Of a stretch of 64,000 nucleotides of DNA, positions 8,767 through 18,146 are shown one piece after another. Position 1 is the first letter of the stretch. Each line of letters starts with the position of its first letter. Source of the DNA: Limnochordia bacterium (lineage in GTDB: Bacteria; Bacillota; Limnochordia; DTU080); contig JBMNJG010000007.1 in assembly GCA_050951545.1 (NCBI GenBank), positions 96,001 to 160,000 of the forward strand. The letters run 5' to 3'. The notes below the pieces were generated by a model that was not told the origin of the DNA, made no database searches, and saw only the letters and a program-made list of their open reading frames with translations. The position numbers and the translations under genes are program-made.

Positions 8767-10395
8767 TTGAGGATTGAACGGCAGTCTTTTCGCGTGAGTA
8801 CGGTGGTAGGGGAGAGCGCGGGACAAAGTGTGGTTGAAGGTAGCGTATCCCTTCCCGTCGGTGCACCGGAGATCGGACGTCTTCTTCGTGTGCGTGCCCA
8901 TCCAGTGATCATTCAGTATGAAGTGATCGAAGAGCGAGTAACTCTTGAGGGTGTTGTGGATGTAGAGGCTCTTTACGCGAGTTTCACAGAGGTGGATTCT
9001 GGCGGGGACGAGGATCTGGGTGCGGATGTGGTTCTCGAAGAACGGTTGGAGATCGGAAGATGGAACAGGGTGATGCCCTTTACATTAGTCCTGGACATCG
9101 CCGGGGCAGAGCCCGGATTGCCCGCCAAGGTAGCGGTCTCTGTGGACAGTATCAGATCGGAGGTACAAGACGACAAGAGATCCATTGCTGTTGATGTAGC
9201 CTTAGCATTTTCTGGTGCGGTTTATCGCGTCGACGAGTATACCCTTACCACACGTGCTGTAGCCGACTACGACATACACAGCGAGCAGCGACAGGTACGG
9301 TTGCCTCTTGCGACGACGACTGTGAAAGGGCAGGCGCGAGTCGAAGGGTTTTTGCCGTTCGGAGGGCGGGTGTTGCCCCATCAGGTTCTGTCGTTGACCA
9401 TTCGGCCAGCGGGAGAGCCCACAGTGAGGTTCTCTGAAGGGACAGCGGAGGTCAGTTCGGCTCTTGACTGTGCTGTCTTATACACGGCCTCTGAGGTAGG
9501 GGCAGCCTACGTGGAATGGCCCGAGGGGCTCACTTTCCTCACGACAGTATCCATTCCTGAGCCTGTAGATGGGGCCATGGTCTCTGTGGCATTCACCACA
9601 GCGGATGTCCGTTGGCAGGCGGTTGATACTGACGAGAGACGGGGCCTCGCCGTAGAGGCTACAGCCTTCGCCGATGTCCAGGTGGCGCCGATGCGAGAGA
9701 CCGCTATCCTCACAGACCTCTCTGCCGAAGAACCGCTGTGCGTGGCTGCTCGCAAGGAGTGGTTGCTTCTGCAGGAGGCAGTGGGTGAGGGCAGACAACA
9801 CACACTTACGGAGGCCAGTCTGCAACTGCCTGCGGGTGCGTTGCCAGTCGAAAGGGTGCTTTTGAGTGAAGCGACAGCCCGAATCGAGGATATCCACGTT
9901 TTGGGCGACAAGGTGGCTGTCGAAGGGATCGCTGGCGTAGATCTGGTTTATGTAGGGCGTAGTGGCGACGCGACCAGCCTTACGACATGTTCGTGGCCTG
10001 CTGGGATTCCGTTTGAGCTCGAGGTGCCGATTGCTGGCGCTGAACCCGGCTTGGAGAGAAAAGTGGAGGTGTCCGTCGACAAGGTCAGTGTCGACCTTAT
10101 CAATCGCGAGACGGTAGCCGTTGAGCTTGCTCTCGTGACCACAGTGGCGCTGAGCAGAAGCATCGAACTCGATCACGTGGTGGAGGCGGTTGAGGTTGGG
10201 GCTCCCCATCCTAATCCGCCCACGTATACGTTTCTGGTATTGCAGGCAGGGGATACACTGTGGCAGATCGCGCAGAGGTACCATACCGAGATAGGGGCGA
10301 TTATCCAGGGCAACAAATGGCTAGAAGACGAGAGTAGTCCGCTCCCTCCAGGCACGAAGCTGTGCATACCGCGGGGGCGGCAGACGGTGGGTTGA
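8767..10395 (+). CDS. SPOCS (DUF3794) x3 + C-terminal LysM spore coat morphogenetic protein (SipL-like)
   Basis: Repeated 'V.VEG...V..LY...PF...I.GAEPG' units; LysM LQAGDTLWQIAQRY...LPPGTKLCIP; TTG start after GGGGAGG. Confidence 0.85.
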   Translation: MRIERQSFRVSTVVGESAGQSVVEGSVSLPVGAPEIGRLLRVRAHPVIIQYEVIEERVTLEGVVDVEALYASFTEVDSGGDEDLGADVVLEERLEIGRWNRVMPFTLVLDIAGAEPGLPAKVAVSVDSIRSEVQDDKRSIAVDVALAFSGAVYRVDEYTLTTRAVADYDIHSEQRQVRLPLATTTVKGQARVEGFLPFGGRVLPHQVLSLTIRPAGEPTVRFSEGTAEVSSALDCAVLYTASEVGAAYVEWPEGLTFLTTVSIPEPVDGAMVSVAFTTADVRWQAVDTDERRGLAVEATAFADVQVAPMRETAILTDLSAEEPLCVAARKEWLLLQEAVGEGRQHTLTEASLQLPAGALPVERVLLSEATARIEDIHVLGDKVAVEGIAGVDLVYVGRSGDATSLTTCSWPAGIPFELEVPIAGAEPGLERKVEVSVDKVSVDLINRETVAVELALVTTVALSRSIELDHVVEAVEVGAPHPNPPTYTFLVLQAGDTLWQIAQRYHTEIGAIIQGNKWLEDESSPLPPGTKLCIPRGRQTVG

Positions 10396-10408
10396 CCGTG
10401 TAGCGAAG

Positions 10409-10440
10409 CAGGAGGGGGTGCTTACAGGCACCCCCTCCTG
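10409..10440. terminator. Hairpin between convergent genes
   Basis: CAGGAGGGGGTGC-N6-GCACCCCCTCCTG, 13-bp perfect stem. Confidence 0.7.
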
Positions 10441-10448
10441 GCAGAGTG

Positions 10449-12239
10449 TCACAGGAACATCACATCAAGGTAGGCAAACATCGAGCCAGGTTCGCTCACC
10501 TGACGAGGCGCTACGCACGCCACATGCAGCTGTAGGGGTTCTTTGGGCTGCTTCTCTACCTCAATGACGATGGGGTTCTGCCCCGCTGTCAGATGCACAA
10601 AAGCGCCCTGCCCTCTGTGGTAAGCTGGGATACCGCGGCCGGGTTTCCAATTGTCGAAAACCAGCTGGCTATTGAGCCAAGCCTTGACTGGACTGGTGGT
10701 CGAGATCATCAGCTTGGCTTCGCGCTCGGAAGGGCAAAGGAGGTCGGTTGTAAGACGATAGAGACCATCGGCTCCGTTGGTAAGAGAGATCTCATTGGTG
10801 GCGCAAAGCACTTCCTTAGGCGCAGTGTTGGGGCCCTCCACACGCCAGCGCATGGCTTGGGCGAAGACAAGCTGTCGCCCAAAAGACTGCCACAGGGCGT
10901 CATTATGTAGGCGGGTGATCTCCATTTCAACCCGAAAGTCGGGCTGTGGGTCGCCACCAGGGTGTAGGATTACCACAAAATGCTCTCGGGTGCCCGGCTC
11001 GAGAGCATACGATTGCGTCTGCCCTCCTGTCCAACCTGGGGGAAGATGAAACTGCAGCGCCCCATACCAACGAATGGACGCGTGGTTGGTGAGTTGTACC
11101 TCAAGTTTTTTCTCTTGCCCAGCGAAGACAACGGGACCATCGGTGCCGTAGTCCACGACCACCTCCAGGCTCGGTGAAAAACGGCTCGGTAGGAAGAGGC
11201 GGTCTTGGTGTGGTGTCTCGTTCCAGAGAGCCGAGAGTTCAGGAATGGGCTTGCCCTCCCAGAAAGCTGCGACTTCCGCACCTGTTTGGACAGTGCGTTC
11301 AGTGAGCTCTGCCACTGTCTTGGGGGCAGGGAAGCCTTTCACAGGCGGACTCACGACGATGGTATCGCCGATGGGGGTGATCCATTCTTGTGGCAACTGG
11401 TCGGCACCCATGATAATTCCCAAGATAGCTCCCAAGGTGGCTCCCGTGCAGTCGGTATCGTAACCGCAGTTGACAGCCTTGCAGATGGCATCGCCGAAGT
11501 CTGTGCCGTAGAGAAGGCCTAGTATGGTGAAAGCGATGTTCTGCGGGGCATCGGTAAAATTGATGCGGCCATGGGCGGCAATGATCTGATTGCGGGTCTC
11601 GATCCAGTCGAGCCCTTCGGCGTGCCAACGCACGGTGTCTTTCACTGCCTTGGCAGTGCGGCAGTCGGGTGGTATGACACTGAGCCCTATTGCCAGCAGC
11701 TTCTGGGGATCGGACTCCACGAAGGCAGCGCTCTCTATGGCAGCGAAGAGCATCTCGCCATAGACCCCCTCGCCGCCAGCATGATCGGTGATAGCATCTT
11801 GGTAGGCGTAATAGGCAGCAAGCTGTGGGTTGTCCGGAGCAATCATGGCCCAGATCTCAGAGCGGATGGGCGAGCCCATGCAGTGTGTGAATGGGTTGCT
11901 GTACCATCCGGAGACAGGCGGTGTCATGCCTCGGCGCATATTGGTCAGGGAGTACCCGTACTCGTCGTAGGGGAAGAAAACGTGGTCTTGCCACTCTTGG
12001 GCTATCTCCGCGGCGGTGAGGCGCGGGCCGTATGTTTCGAGGGCGTGCAGCCAGACCAGCTGGAGGTCAAGGTCGTCATTGGGGAGGGGAAGCTCGCCTA
12101 GTTTCGGGTAGAAATCGTACGCCATGAGCTCCTTGCGTCCTTCGAGTGGTCCTCCCAGAGTGCCCCCGATGTTCTTGCCCATCCAACCACCGTAGATCTT
12201 GTCTCTGTAGTCAGACTCGGAGATATGACCGATCATCAT
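10449..12239 (-). CDS. ADP-ribosylglycohydrolase-fold protein with C-terminal NEW3/Ig-like and beta-sandwich modules
   Basis: GKNIGGTLG, PNDDLD, MGSPIRSE, GYDTDCTGAT motifs; LTN...LPPGW NEW3-like segment. Confidence 0.8.
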   Translation of the reverse strand: MMIGHISESDYRDKIYGGWMGKNIGGTLGGPLEGRKELMAYDFYPKLGELPLPNDDLDLQLVWLHALETYGPRLTAAEIAQEWQDHVFFPYDEYGYSLTNMRRGMTPPVSGWYSNPFTHCMGSPIRSEIWAMIAPDNPQLAAYYAYQDAITDHAGGEGVYGEMLFAAIESAAFVESDPQKLLAIGLSVIPPDCRTAKAVKDTVRWHAEGLDWIETRNQIIAAHGRINFTDAPQNIAFTILGLLYGTDFGDAICKAVNCGYDTDCTGATLGAILGIIMGADQLPQEWITPIGDTIVVSPPVKGFPAPKTVAELTERTVQTGAEVAAFWEGKPIPELSALWNETPHQDRLFLPSRFSPSLEVVVDYGTDGPVVFAGQEKKLEVQLTNHASIRWYGALQFHLPPGWTGGQTQSYALEPGTREHFVVILHPGGDPQPDFRVEMEITRLHNDALWQSFGRQLVFAQAMRWRVEGPNTAPKEVLCATNEISLTNGADGLYRLTTDLLCPSEREAKLMISTTSPVKAWLNSQLVFDNWKPGRGIPAYHRGQGAFVHLTAGQNPIVIEVEKQPKEPLQLHVACVAPRQVSEPGSMFAYLDVMFL

Positions 12240-12515
12240 CAGTACCAACCCTCCGCCTAGTTATGTGCAACTTGTACACTAACGTCAATCAAGGGTAGTC
12301 TACACTGCTTTGTGTGGCATGTCCACCGTAGCTGCCTTCAGAGTCAAGCGTCTGTGGGCTCTTGGCAAGAAGGAGGGGAGAGGGGGTACAGAGGAACTCA
12401 TATTGATGATATACTCGGCGTAGTCCTGTGAAGCGACGATGGAGGATTTCCCTTCTTGCGGGGAAACCTTGTCATGGATGGGTCTTGCCTTTGTGGTTGG
12501 AAAAGGGGTGTATAG

Positions 12516-13541
12516 GTGAGTAAGTTCCGAGACATCTTCCGCCCTAGGCAAAAATACGTGAGAGTGAAGCCACAAACCCCGCCGGGCCAGGAGGAAGCCA
12601 AAGGTAAGGCGCAGGTGCCTGACGGGCTGTGGAGCAAGTGTCCGCAGTGCAAGGGCTTCATTTACCGTAAGGACTTGGAGCGTAATCTTGGCGTGTGCGA
12701 AAAGTGCAGCTTTCATTTTCCGATCGGGGCGAATGAGCGCCTGCACCAATTGATCGATGCGGAGTCCACTCCAGAAGAGCTCTACGACGATCTTGATAGC
12801 GCCGATCCGCTTGGCTTTCCTGAGTATGAGAGCAAACGAGTACGCGATGCAGAAAAGACGGGTTTGGATGATGCAGTGGTCATCTACCGGGCAACCATCG
12901 GCGGTCATCGCGTGATTCTCGGAATTATGGATTTCGGTTTTATGGGTGGCAGTATGGGGGCGGTGGCAGGCGAGAAGATCACCCGTTCTTTTGAGCAGGC
13001 TACAGCCGAAGGCTTGCCAGTAGTGATTATCTCCAGTTCTGGTGGGGCTCGCATGCAAGAGGGTATCGTCTCTCTTATGCAGATGCAGAAGACAGCGGCC
13101 GCGGTTGAGATGCATAATCGGGCGGGACTGCTGTTTATCTCGGTACTCACCCATCCGACTACCGCAGGGGTGTACGGTAGCTTCGCCTCACAAGGCGACA
13201 TCAATCTCGCTGAACCCGGAGCTATTGTCGGCTTTGCGGGGCGGCCAGTCATTGAAGCTGCTATCGGAAAACGGGTGTCTCCGGATCTGCAGAAGGCGGA
13301 GACGGTTTTTGCCAACGGGTTTATCGACGCCCTTGTCCCCCGGCAAGAACTCAGGCCCTTTATGATCCGGTTGCTTGATTTTCATGGCGAACCCGCTGTG
13401 AGAACAGAGGTAGCTGAGGAGGGGGCGGTGGCACTGTCAGTCACTCCCGATACGCCGAGTGGTCAGAGTAAAGACGAACCTGACAGCCCCACTGATTCAG
13501 ATCAACTTCCGCGTCGCAGTCCGAAGCGGCGCGAGGCCTGA
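12516..13541 (+). CDS. accD: Acetyl-CoA carboxylase carboxyltransferase beta subunit
   Basis: LWSKCPQC...CEKC Zn finger, FMGGSMG, SGGARMQEG, AEPGAIVGFAG. Confidence 0.92.
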   Translation: MSKFRDIFRPRQKYVRVKPQTPPGQEEAKGKAQVPDGLWSKCPQCKGFIYRKDLERNLGVCEKCSFHFPIGANERLHQLIDAESTPEELYDDLDSADPLGFPEYESKRVRDAEKTGLDDAVVIYRATIGGHRVILGIMDFGFMGGSMGAVAGEKITRSFEQATAEGLPVVIISSSGGARMQEGIVSLMQMQKTAAAVEMHNRAGLLFISVLTHPTTAGVYGSFASQGDINLAEPGAIVGFAGRPVIEAAIGKRVSPDLQKAETVFANGFIDALVPRQELRPFMIRLLDFHGEPAVRTEVAEEGAVALSVTPDTPSGQSKDEPDSPTDSDQLPRRSPKRREA

Positions 13542-13613
13542 CAAATCGTGCGACAAGACGCACGATCTGTCGGAAGTCCCACGTAAAACGCTTTGCAGAG
13601 GGAGTAATAGCAC

Positions 13614-14801
13614 ATGTGGCACAGGAACACGATGCGAATTCAAGCTGCCTTGATCGTGGTTGGGCTGGCGTTGTGTGCGGTGGTGGGCTGGGCGGCTGAG
13701 GCCATACCGCCACCCTCTTTTGACGTAGATGCACACTCCGCGATCCTTGTGGACGGCACAACTGGCCAGGTGCTGTATGAGAAGGAAAGCGATTTGAAGC
13801 TGCCACCTGCCAGCATGGCCAAGATCATGACTATGCTACTCATCATGGAGGAGATTGACGCGGGGCGTCTGAAACTCACCGATGAAGTCAAAGTGAGTGC
13901 TCGCGCCGCAGGGATCGGTGGTTCTCAGGTATATCTCAAACAAGGTGAGGTCTTCACAGTTGAGGATCTCATGAAGGCAGTAACGATTCACTCGGCTAAC
14001 GATGCTTCAGTTGCTCTGGCGGAGCATGTATCAGGGGCGGTTGAAGCGTTTGTCGACGCCATGAACAGGCGCGCCCAAGAGCTCGGCATGGCCGACACGT
14101 ATTTCGACAACCCCGATGGTCTACCCTCGGAACCGGGTCGGCCTCCCACATTGACGACCGCCCGTGATCTCACAAAGGTATCGAGGGAGCTGCTGAAGCA
14201 CCCAAAGATACTGGAGTGGAGCACCATCACTTTGACGGAGTTTCGGTCGAAGCCTAAGACCAATCTGTACAATACGAACAAGCTGCTGGGCAAGTACAGT
14301 GGGTTGGATGGCCTGAAGACAGGCCATACCGACGAGGCAGGATGGTGTCTCACGGCCACAGCCAAACGGGGCGACGTGCGATTGGTCAGCGTGGTGATGC
14401 GCACCGCGAGTGAACAGGAGCGCCAGGCCCAGACAGCCCGGTTGCTCGACCACGGATTTCGTGGCTTTGAGCCGCTGACCGCGGCTACAAAGGGTGAAGA
14501 CGTGGGCACGCTGAAAGTCGCTAACGGCTGGCCGGGTGCGCTCAAAGTGCAGCCCAAAGAGACGTTTCGCCCACTGGTGCCTCGTGGTCGCACTGAAGAC
14601 GTGGAACTGACAACTGAGTTTGGTGAGGTTCGGGCACCTCTGTCGGCAGGTCAGACGGTTGGCGCCGTGGTGGCCACCCTCGATGGCCAGGAGCTCGCTC
14701 GCATGGATGTAGTTATCTCCAGGGATGTCAAAAGAGCTAACTTCGTGGTCCGCTTCTTCCGTTGGATCGCTAGAGCGGTCCGGGGGCTGTTTAGTCGCTA
14801 G
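13614..14801 (+). CDS. D-alanyl-D-alanine carboxypeptidase (peptidase S11, DacF/DacA-like)
   Basis: SxxK (SMAK), SxN (SAN), KTG; signal peptide; C-terminal amphipathic helix. Confidence 0.92.
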   Translation: MWHRNTMRIQAALIVVGLALCAVVGWAAEAIPPPSFDVDAHSAILVDGTTGQVLYEKESDLKLPPASMAKIMTMLLIMEEIDAGRLKLTDEVKVSARAAGIGGSQVYLKQGEVFTVEDLMKAVTIHSANDASVALAEHVSGAVEAFVDAMNRRAQELGMADTYFDNPDGLPSEPGRPPTLTTARDLTKVSRELLKHPKILEWSTITLTEFRSKPKTNLYNTNKLLGKYSGLDGLKTGHTDEAGWCLTATAKRGDVRLVSVVMRTASEQERQAQTARLLDHGFRGFEPLTAATKGEDVGTLKVANGWPGALKVQPKETFRPLVPRGRTEDVELTTEFGEVRAPLSAGQTVGAVVATLDGQELARMDVVISRDVKRANFVVRFFRWIARAVRGLFSR

Positions 14802-14824
14802 AAGATCACGTCCTCGTGCCTGGC

Positions 14825-14849
14825 AGGAACCCTTAGTTGCTCGGAGAAG
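14825..14849 (+). promoter_or_regulatory. SigmaH-like promoter upstream of ispE
   Basis: (GC)AGGA-N17-GAAG. Confidence 0.45.
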
Positions 14850-14939
14850 ACATCAGTTTATGGGAAACCGTGCGCACAATCGCTCGCACTGTTGATGATG
14901 CAACGACATGTGAAGCGATGGAGGAGGCGATGAAGACAG

Positions 14940-15875
14940 TTGGGCGAACCAGATACAGCATGGGCTCCGGCCAAGATCAATCTGGTGCTGGAGGTCGGTG
15001 CCCGTCGCTCGGACGGTTATCATGAGCTGGTCACCGTCTTTCAGTCTGTTGCACTTCATGATCGCGTCACGATCTTGGACACCGTTTCCTCCGGTGATCT
15101 GGTGGTCCGTGGTCCACAGGCTCACTCAATGGAGCTTGACGACCCTCGGACAAACCTAGCCTGGCGAGCTGCAGAGTTGCTTGCGGATGCTACTGGGCGA
15201 TCATCGCCTGGTGTGCAGATTCATCTGGAAAAGCATATCCCTGTTGCCGCGGGATTGGGCGGGGGCAGTTCCGATGCGGCGGCGGTTCTGCGATCTTTGG
15301 CGAAACGATGGGACATCAGTGATCAGCGGCTGCTCGTACGGCTTGCTGGCGAGTTAGGTTCGGATGTGCCCTTCTTTCTGCGCGGAGGTGCCGCCTTGGG
15401 TAGGGGACGTGGTGAGCTGCTCTCGCCGCTGTCGCTCCCCCAAATGTGGGTGGTTCTCGCCAATCCAGGTGTGCCTAGTAGTTCAGCCTCCGTGTATAAT
15501 CGTTTCGCTAGGCGCGCTAAGCCAAGCGCCGACGTTCTCGGTAGACGCTGCGAACAGATGGTTCAAGTGTTGTGCAGCGAAGGTCCTGCTGCCATGGGGG
15601 GTCACCTATGGCATAACGACCTGGCAGAGGCTGCCCTTGACGAGGTGCCCGATATTAGATCCATCCTGAACGCTTTTCGGGATCTGGGTGCCTTAGGTAC
15701 GCAGATCAGCGGCAGTGGGGCCACGGTCTTTGCCGTAGCTACTGATGCGGCACACGCTGAGAGTATAAGTGATCAGATATCGAAACAAACGGCCTGGACC
15801 TGGTGGGGTCCAACGACTACGTCAGAGGGGGAGGCGACTAATGGGCGGTGTTCTAAAGCCGATAAAGCTCGATGA
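14940..15875 (+). CDS. ispE: 4-diphosphocytidyl-2-C-methyl-D-erythritol kinase
   Basis: APAKINL, DGYHEL, KHIPVAAGLGGGSSDAA, LGSDVPFF, SGSG. Confidence 0.95.
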   Translation: MGEPDTAWAPAKINLVLEVGARRSDGYHELVTVFQSVALHDRVTILDTVSSGDLVVRGPQAHSMELDDPRTNLAWRAAELLADATGRSSPGVQIHLEKHIPVAAGLGGGSSDAAAVLRSLAKRWDISDQRLLVRLAGELGSDVPFFLRGGAALGRGRGELLSPLSLPQMWVVLANPGVPSSSASVYNRFARRAKPSADVLGRRCEQMVQVLCSEGPAAMGGHLWHNDLAEAALDEVPDIRSILNAFRDLGALGTQISGSGATVFAVATDAAHAESISDQISKQTAWTWWGPTTTSEGEATNGRCSKADKAR

Positions 15876-16539
15876 TTACAAACCTCTGCGTGAGCTCGTG
15901 TTTGAGGCCATTCGAGAAGCGATCATTTCTGGAAGTCTTAAGCCGGGCGAGCGTCTCATGGAGATTCAGATGGCTGACGATCTGGGTGTGAGTCGAACAC
16001 CAGTACGCGAGGCTCTGCGGAAACTGGAGCTAGAAGGCTTTGTGGTGATGATTCCCCGAAAAGGTGCCTACGTGGCCGATATTTCGCTCAAAGAGATCGT
16101 CGATGTCTTTGAGATCCGAGGGGCACTGGAAGGATTAGCCGCTGAGCTAGCTGCTGATCGCGCCAGCGAAGCGAAGATTGAGGGAATGGAACGATGTTTG
16201 GTCGAGCTCAGCGAGATGATAGAGGTCAAAGACCTGAAACGGATTGTGGAGATTGACACGCAGTTTCACGAGACCCTCTATGCCTCTAGTCGGAATGAGC
16301 GTCTGGGCCAGATACTGTCGCTTTTGCGTGAACAGATCCAGCGCTTTCGCACTCGCACCATGACGCATCCGGCCCGCATGAAGGTAGCGTTGGAGGAGCA
16401 CCGACGGATTATCGAGGCGGTGGCTGCTCGCGACGGTGTGTCGGCTCGGCGTCTTGCCCAAGAGCACATTGAAAGTGCAGAAAACAGTCTCATGACACTG
16501 CTGGCAGTGGACGAGCAGAAGAGGAAGCGGATCAGATAG
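15841..16539 (+). CDS. GntR (FadR/FCD) transcriptional regulator
   Basis: LKPGERL, GVSRTPVREAL HTH, FCD domain; RBS GGAGG; overlaps the end of ispE. Confidence 0.92.
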   Translation: MGGVLKPIKLDDYKPLRELVFEAIREAIISGSLKPGERLMEIQMADDLGVSRTPVREALRKLELEGFVVMIPRKGAYVADISLKEIVDVFEIRGALEGLAAELAADRASEAKIEGMERCLVELSEMIEVKDLKRIVEIDTQFHETLYASSRNERLGQILSLLREQIQRFRTRTMTHPARMKVALEEHRRIIEAVAARDGVSARRLAQEHIESAENSLMTLLAVDEQKRKRIR

Positions 16540-17289
16540 ATGCGAGTCGACGCGATCGTACTGGCTGGTGCAAAAAACGATGGAAGGCTGCGAGATGCGA
16601 GCTCAGAGCCGTATGAGGCCTTTATTGAGATTGGCGATAGGGTGATGGTGGACTATGTTGTCTCCGCGCTTCGCAGCTGCAGTTTGATCAACAGGGTCGT
16701 TCTGGTTGGCCCCCAAGAACTGCGTCAACACATCGCGACACCGGATGCGGAGTTCACTGTAGGCGGCGGCTCCATGATCGAGAGTATCCGTATGGCTATC
16801 GAGTATTTGTCCCCTCAGGAAAAGGTCTTGCTGGTAACCGGTGATATTCCACTGATCACAGAAGAGGCGATCACGGATTTTCTGCAGCGTTGCCAGAGTG
16901 TACAGGCAGATATCTACTATCCTGTGGTAAGGCGCGAAGCTAACGAAAGTAAGTATCCTGGGGCGCGGCGCACTTACATGCATCTCACCGAAGGCGTGTT
17001 TACAGGCGGCAATATGGTGCTGCTTCAACCAGCTATCGTGGCGCAATGCCATGACCTGATTGACCAGGCGATTCAGATGCGAAAGAAGCCTCGTCAGCTG
17101 GCCAAACTGCTGGGGGCGCGTGCCTTCTTCAAGCTTCTGTTTCGACGGCTTTCGGTCAGGGAAATCGAGGAGCGGGTGCAGCACGCGCTCGGCTTTGCCG
17201 GAGTTGCTGTCATAAGTCCGTATCCGGAAGTAGGTATCGATGTCGATAAACCCGCTGATCTCGAATTGGCACGCCGGGTACTAGGTTAG
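16540..17289 (+). CDS. MobA-like NTP transferase family protein
   Basis: DAIVLAG, TGDIPL, GGN, DVDKP motifs. Confidence 0.75.
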   Translation: MRVDAIVLAGAKNDGRLRDASSEPYEAFIEIGDRVMVDYVVSALRSCSLINRVVLVGPQELRQHIATPDAEFTVGGGSMIESIRMAIEYLSPQEKVLLVTGDIPLITEEAITDFLQRCQSVQADIYYPVVRREANESKYPGARRTYMHLTEGVFTGGNMVLLQPAIVAQCHDLIDQAIQMRKKPRQLAKLLGARAFFKLLFRRLSVREIEERVQHALGFAGVAVISPYPEVGIDVDKPADLELARRVLG

Positions 17290-17306
17290 CAGAGGATGGG
17301 GGTGTC

Positions 17307-18146
17307 GTGTTGCGCCGTAGCGAACGTCTGGCTGCCATAGCCAAGATCCTGTCTGACCGACCGCATTGTGTACTGCCCTTATCAGATTTCACCGAGCGTT
17401 TTGGGGTAGCTAAGTCAAGCATTAGCGAGGATTTGGCCATTGTGCGGGGTGTGTTTCGAGAGATGGGGCTCGGACAGGTAGAGACCTTGGCTGGAGCTGC
17501 TGGTGGCGTACGCTATAGGCCGATGGTTAGCGCAAAAAGGATCACTCAGACGGTCCAGCACATATGCCGGGACCTCGCTGATCCGAAACGCATTCTGCCC
17601 GGTGGGTTTTTATACATGTCAGATATTACAGCCTCGCCTGTGTCTATGTCCACCGTGGGCGAGATTTTCGCTACTCGCTTTGCTGATGTGGCTCCCGATG
17701 TGGTAGCGACTCTAGAGACCCGAGGGATTCCTATTGCACTCATGACCGCAAAGGCTTTTAACACGCCTTTGGTGATCGTTCGCCGCGCCAGCCGGGCTAC
17801 GGAGGGCACCGTCGTTACGGTCAACTACGTCTCTGGCTCAGCCAAACGCATTGAGACAATGTCTCTTTCTCGTAGAGCCCTGCAGCCCGGTCAGCGAGTG
17901 CTTATCATTGATGATTTCATGAAGGCCGGCGGTAGTGCGCGAGGTCTTGTCGATCTGGTAGGTGAGCTAAAGGCTGAGGTAGTCGGTATCGGTGTCTTGG
18001 TGGAGACTGATACGCCGAGGCACAAGCTTGTCCGTGAGTACTGCTCACTGATAGTGCTGGAGGAAGTGGATGTGGAGAGGCAGCATGTACGGGTACGGCC
18101 CAGCGACTGGGTAGCAGCCCTTTCCTCTAGCTCTGACCTTTGTTAG
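17307..18146 (+). CDS. purR: Pur operon repressor
   Basis: RRSERL, AKSSISEDL, GAAGGV, ILPGGFLY, IIDDFMKAGG. Confidence 0.96.
   Translation: MLRRSERLAAIAKILSDRPHCVLPLSDFTERFGVAKSSISEDLAIVRGVFREMGLGQVETLAGAAGGVRYRPMVSAKRITQTVQHICRDLADPKRILPGGFLYMSDITASPVSMSTVGEIFATRFADVAPDVVATLETRGIPIALMTAKAFNTPLVIVRRASRATEGTVVTVNYVSGSAKRIETMSLSRRALQPGQRVLIIDDFMKAGGSARGLVDLVGELKAEVVGIGVLVETDTPRHKLVREYCSLIVLEEVDVERQHVRVRPSDWVAALSSSSDLC

Noticed and set aside
12300-13154. Long antisense ORFs (also 9478-10284, 55829-56611, 58222-58959, 28013-28744)
   Set aside because: Shadows of confident genes in GC-rich DNA, without motifs; 28013-28744 also overlaps the riboswitch
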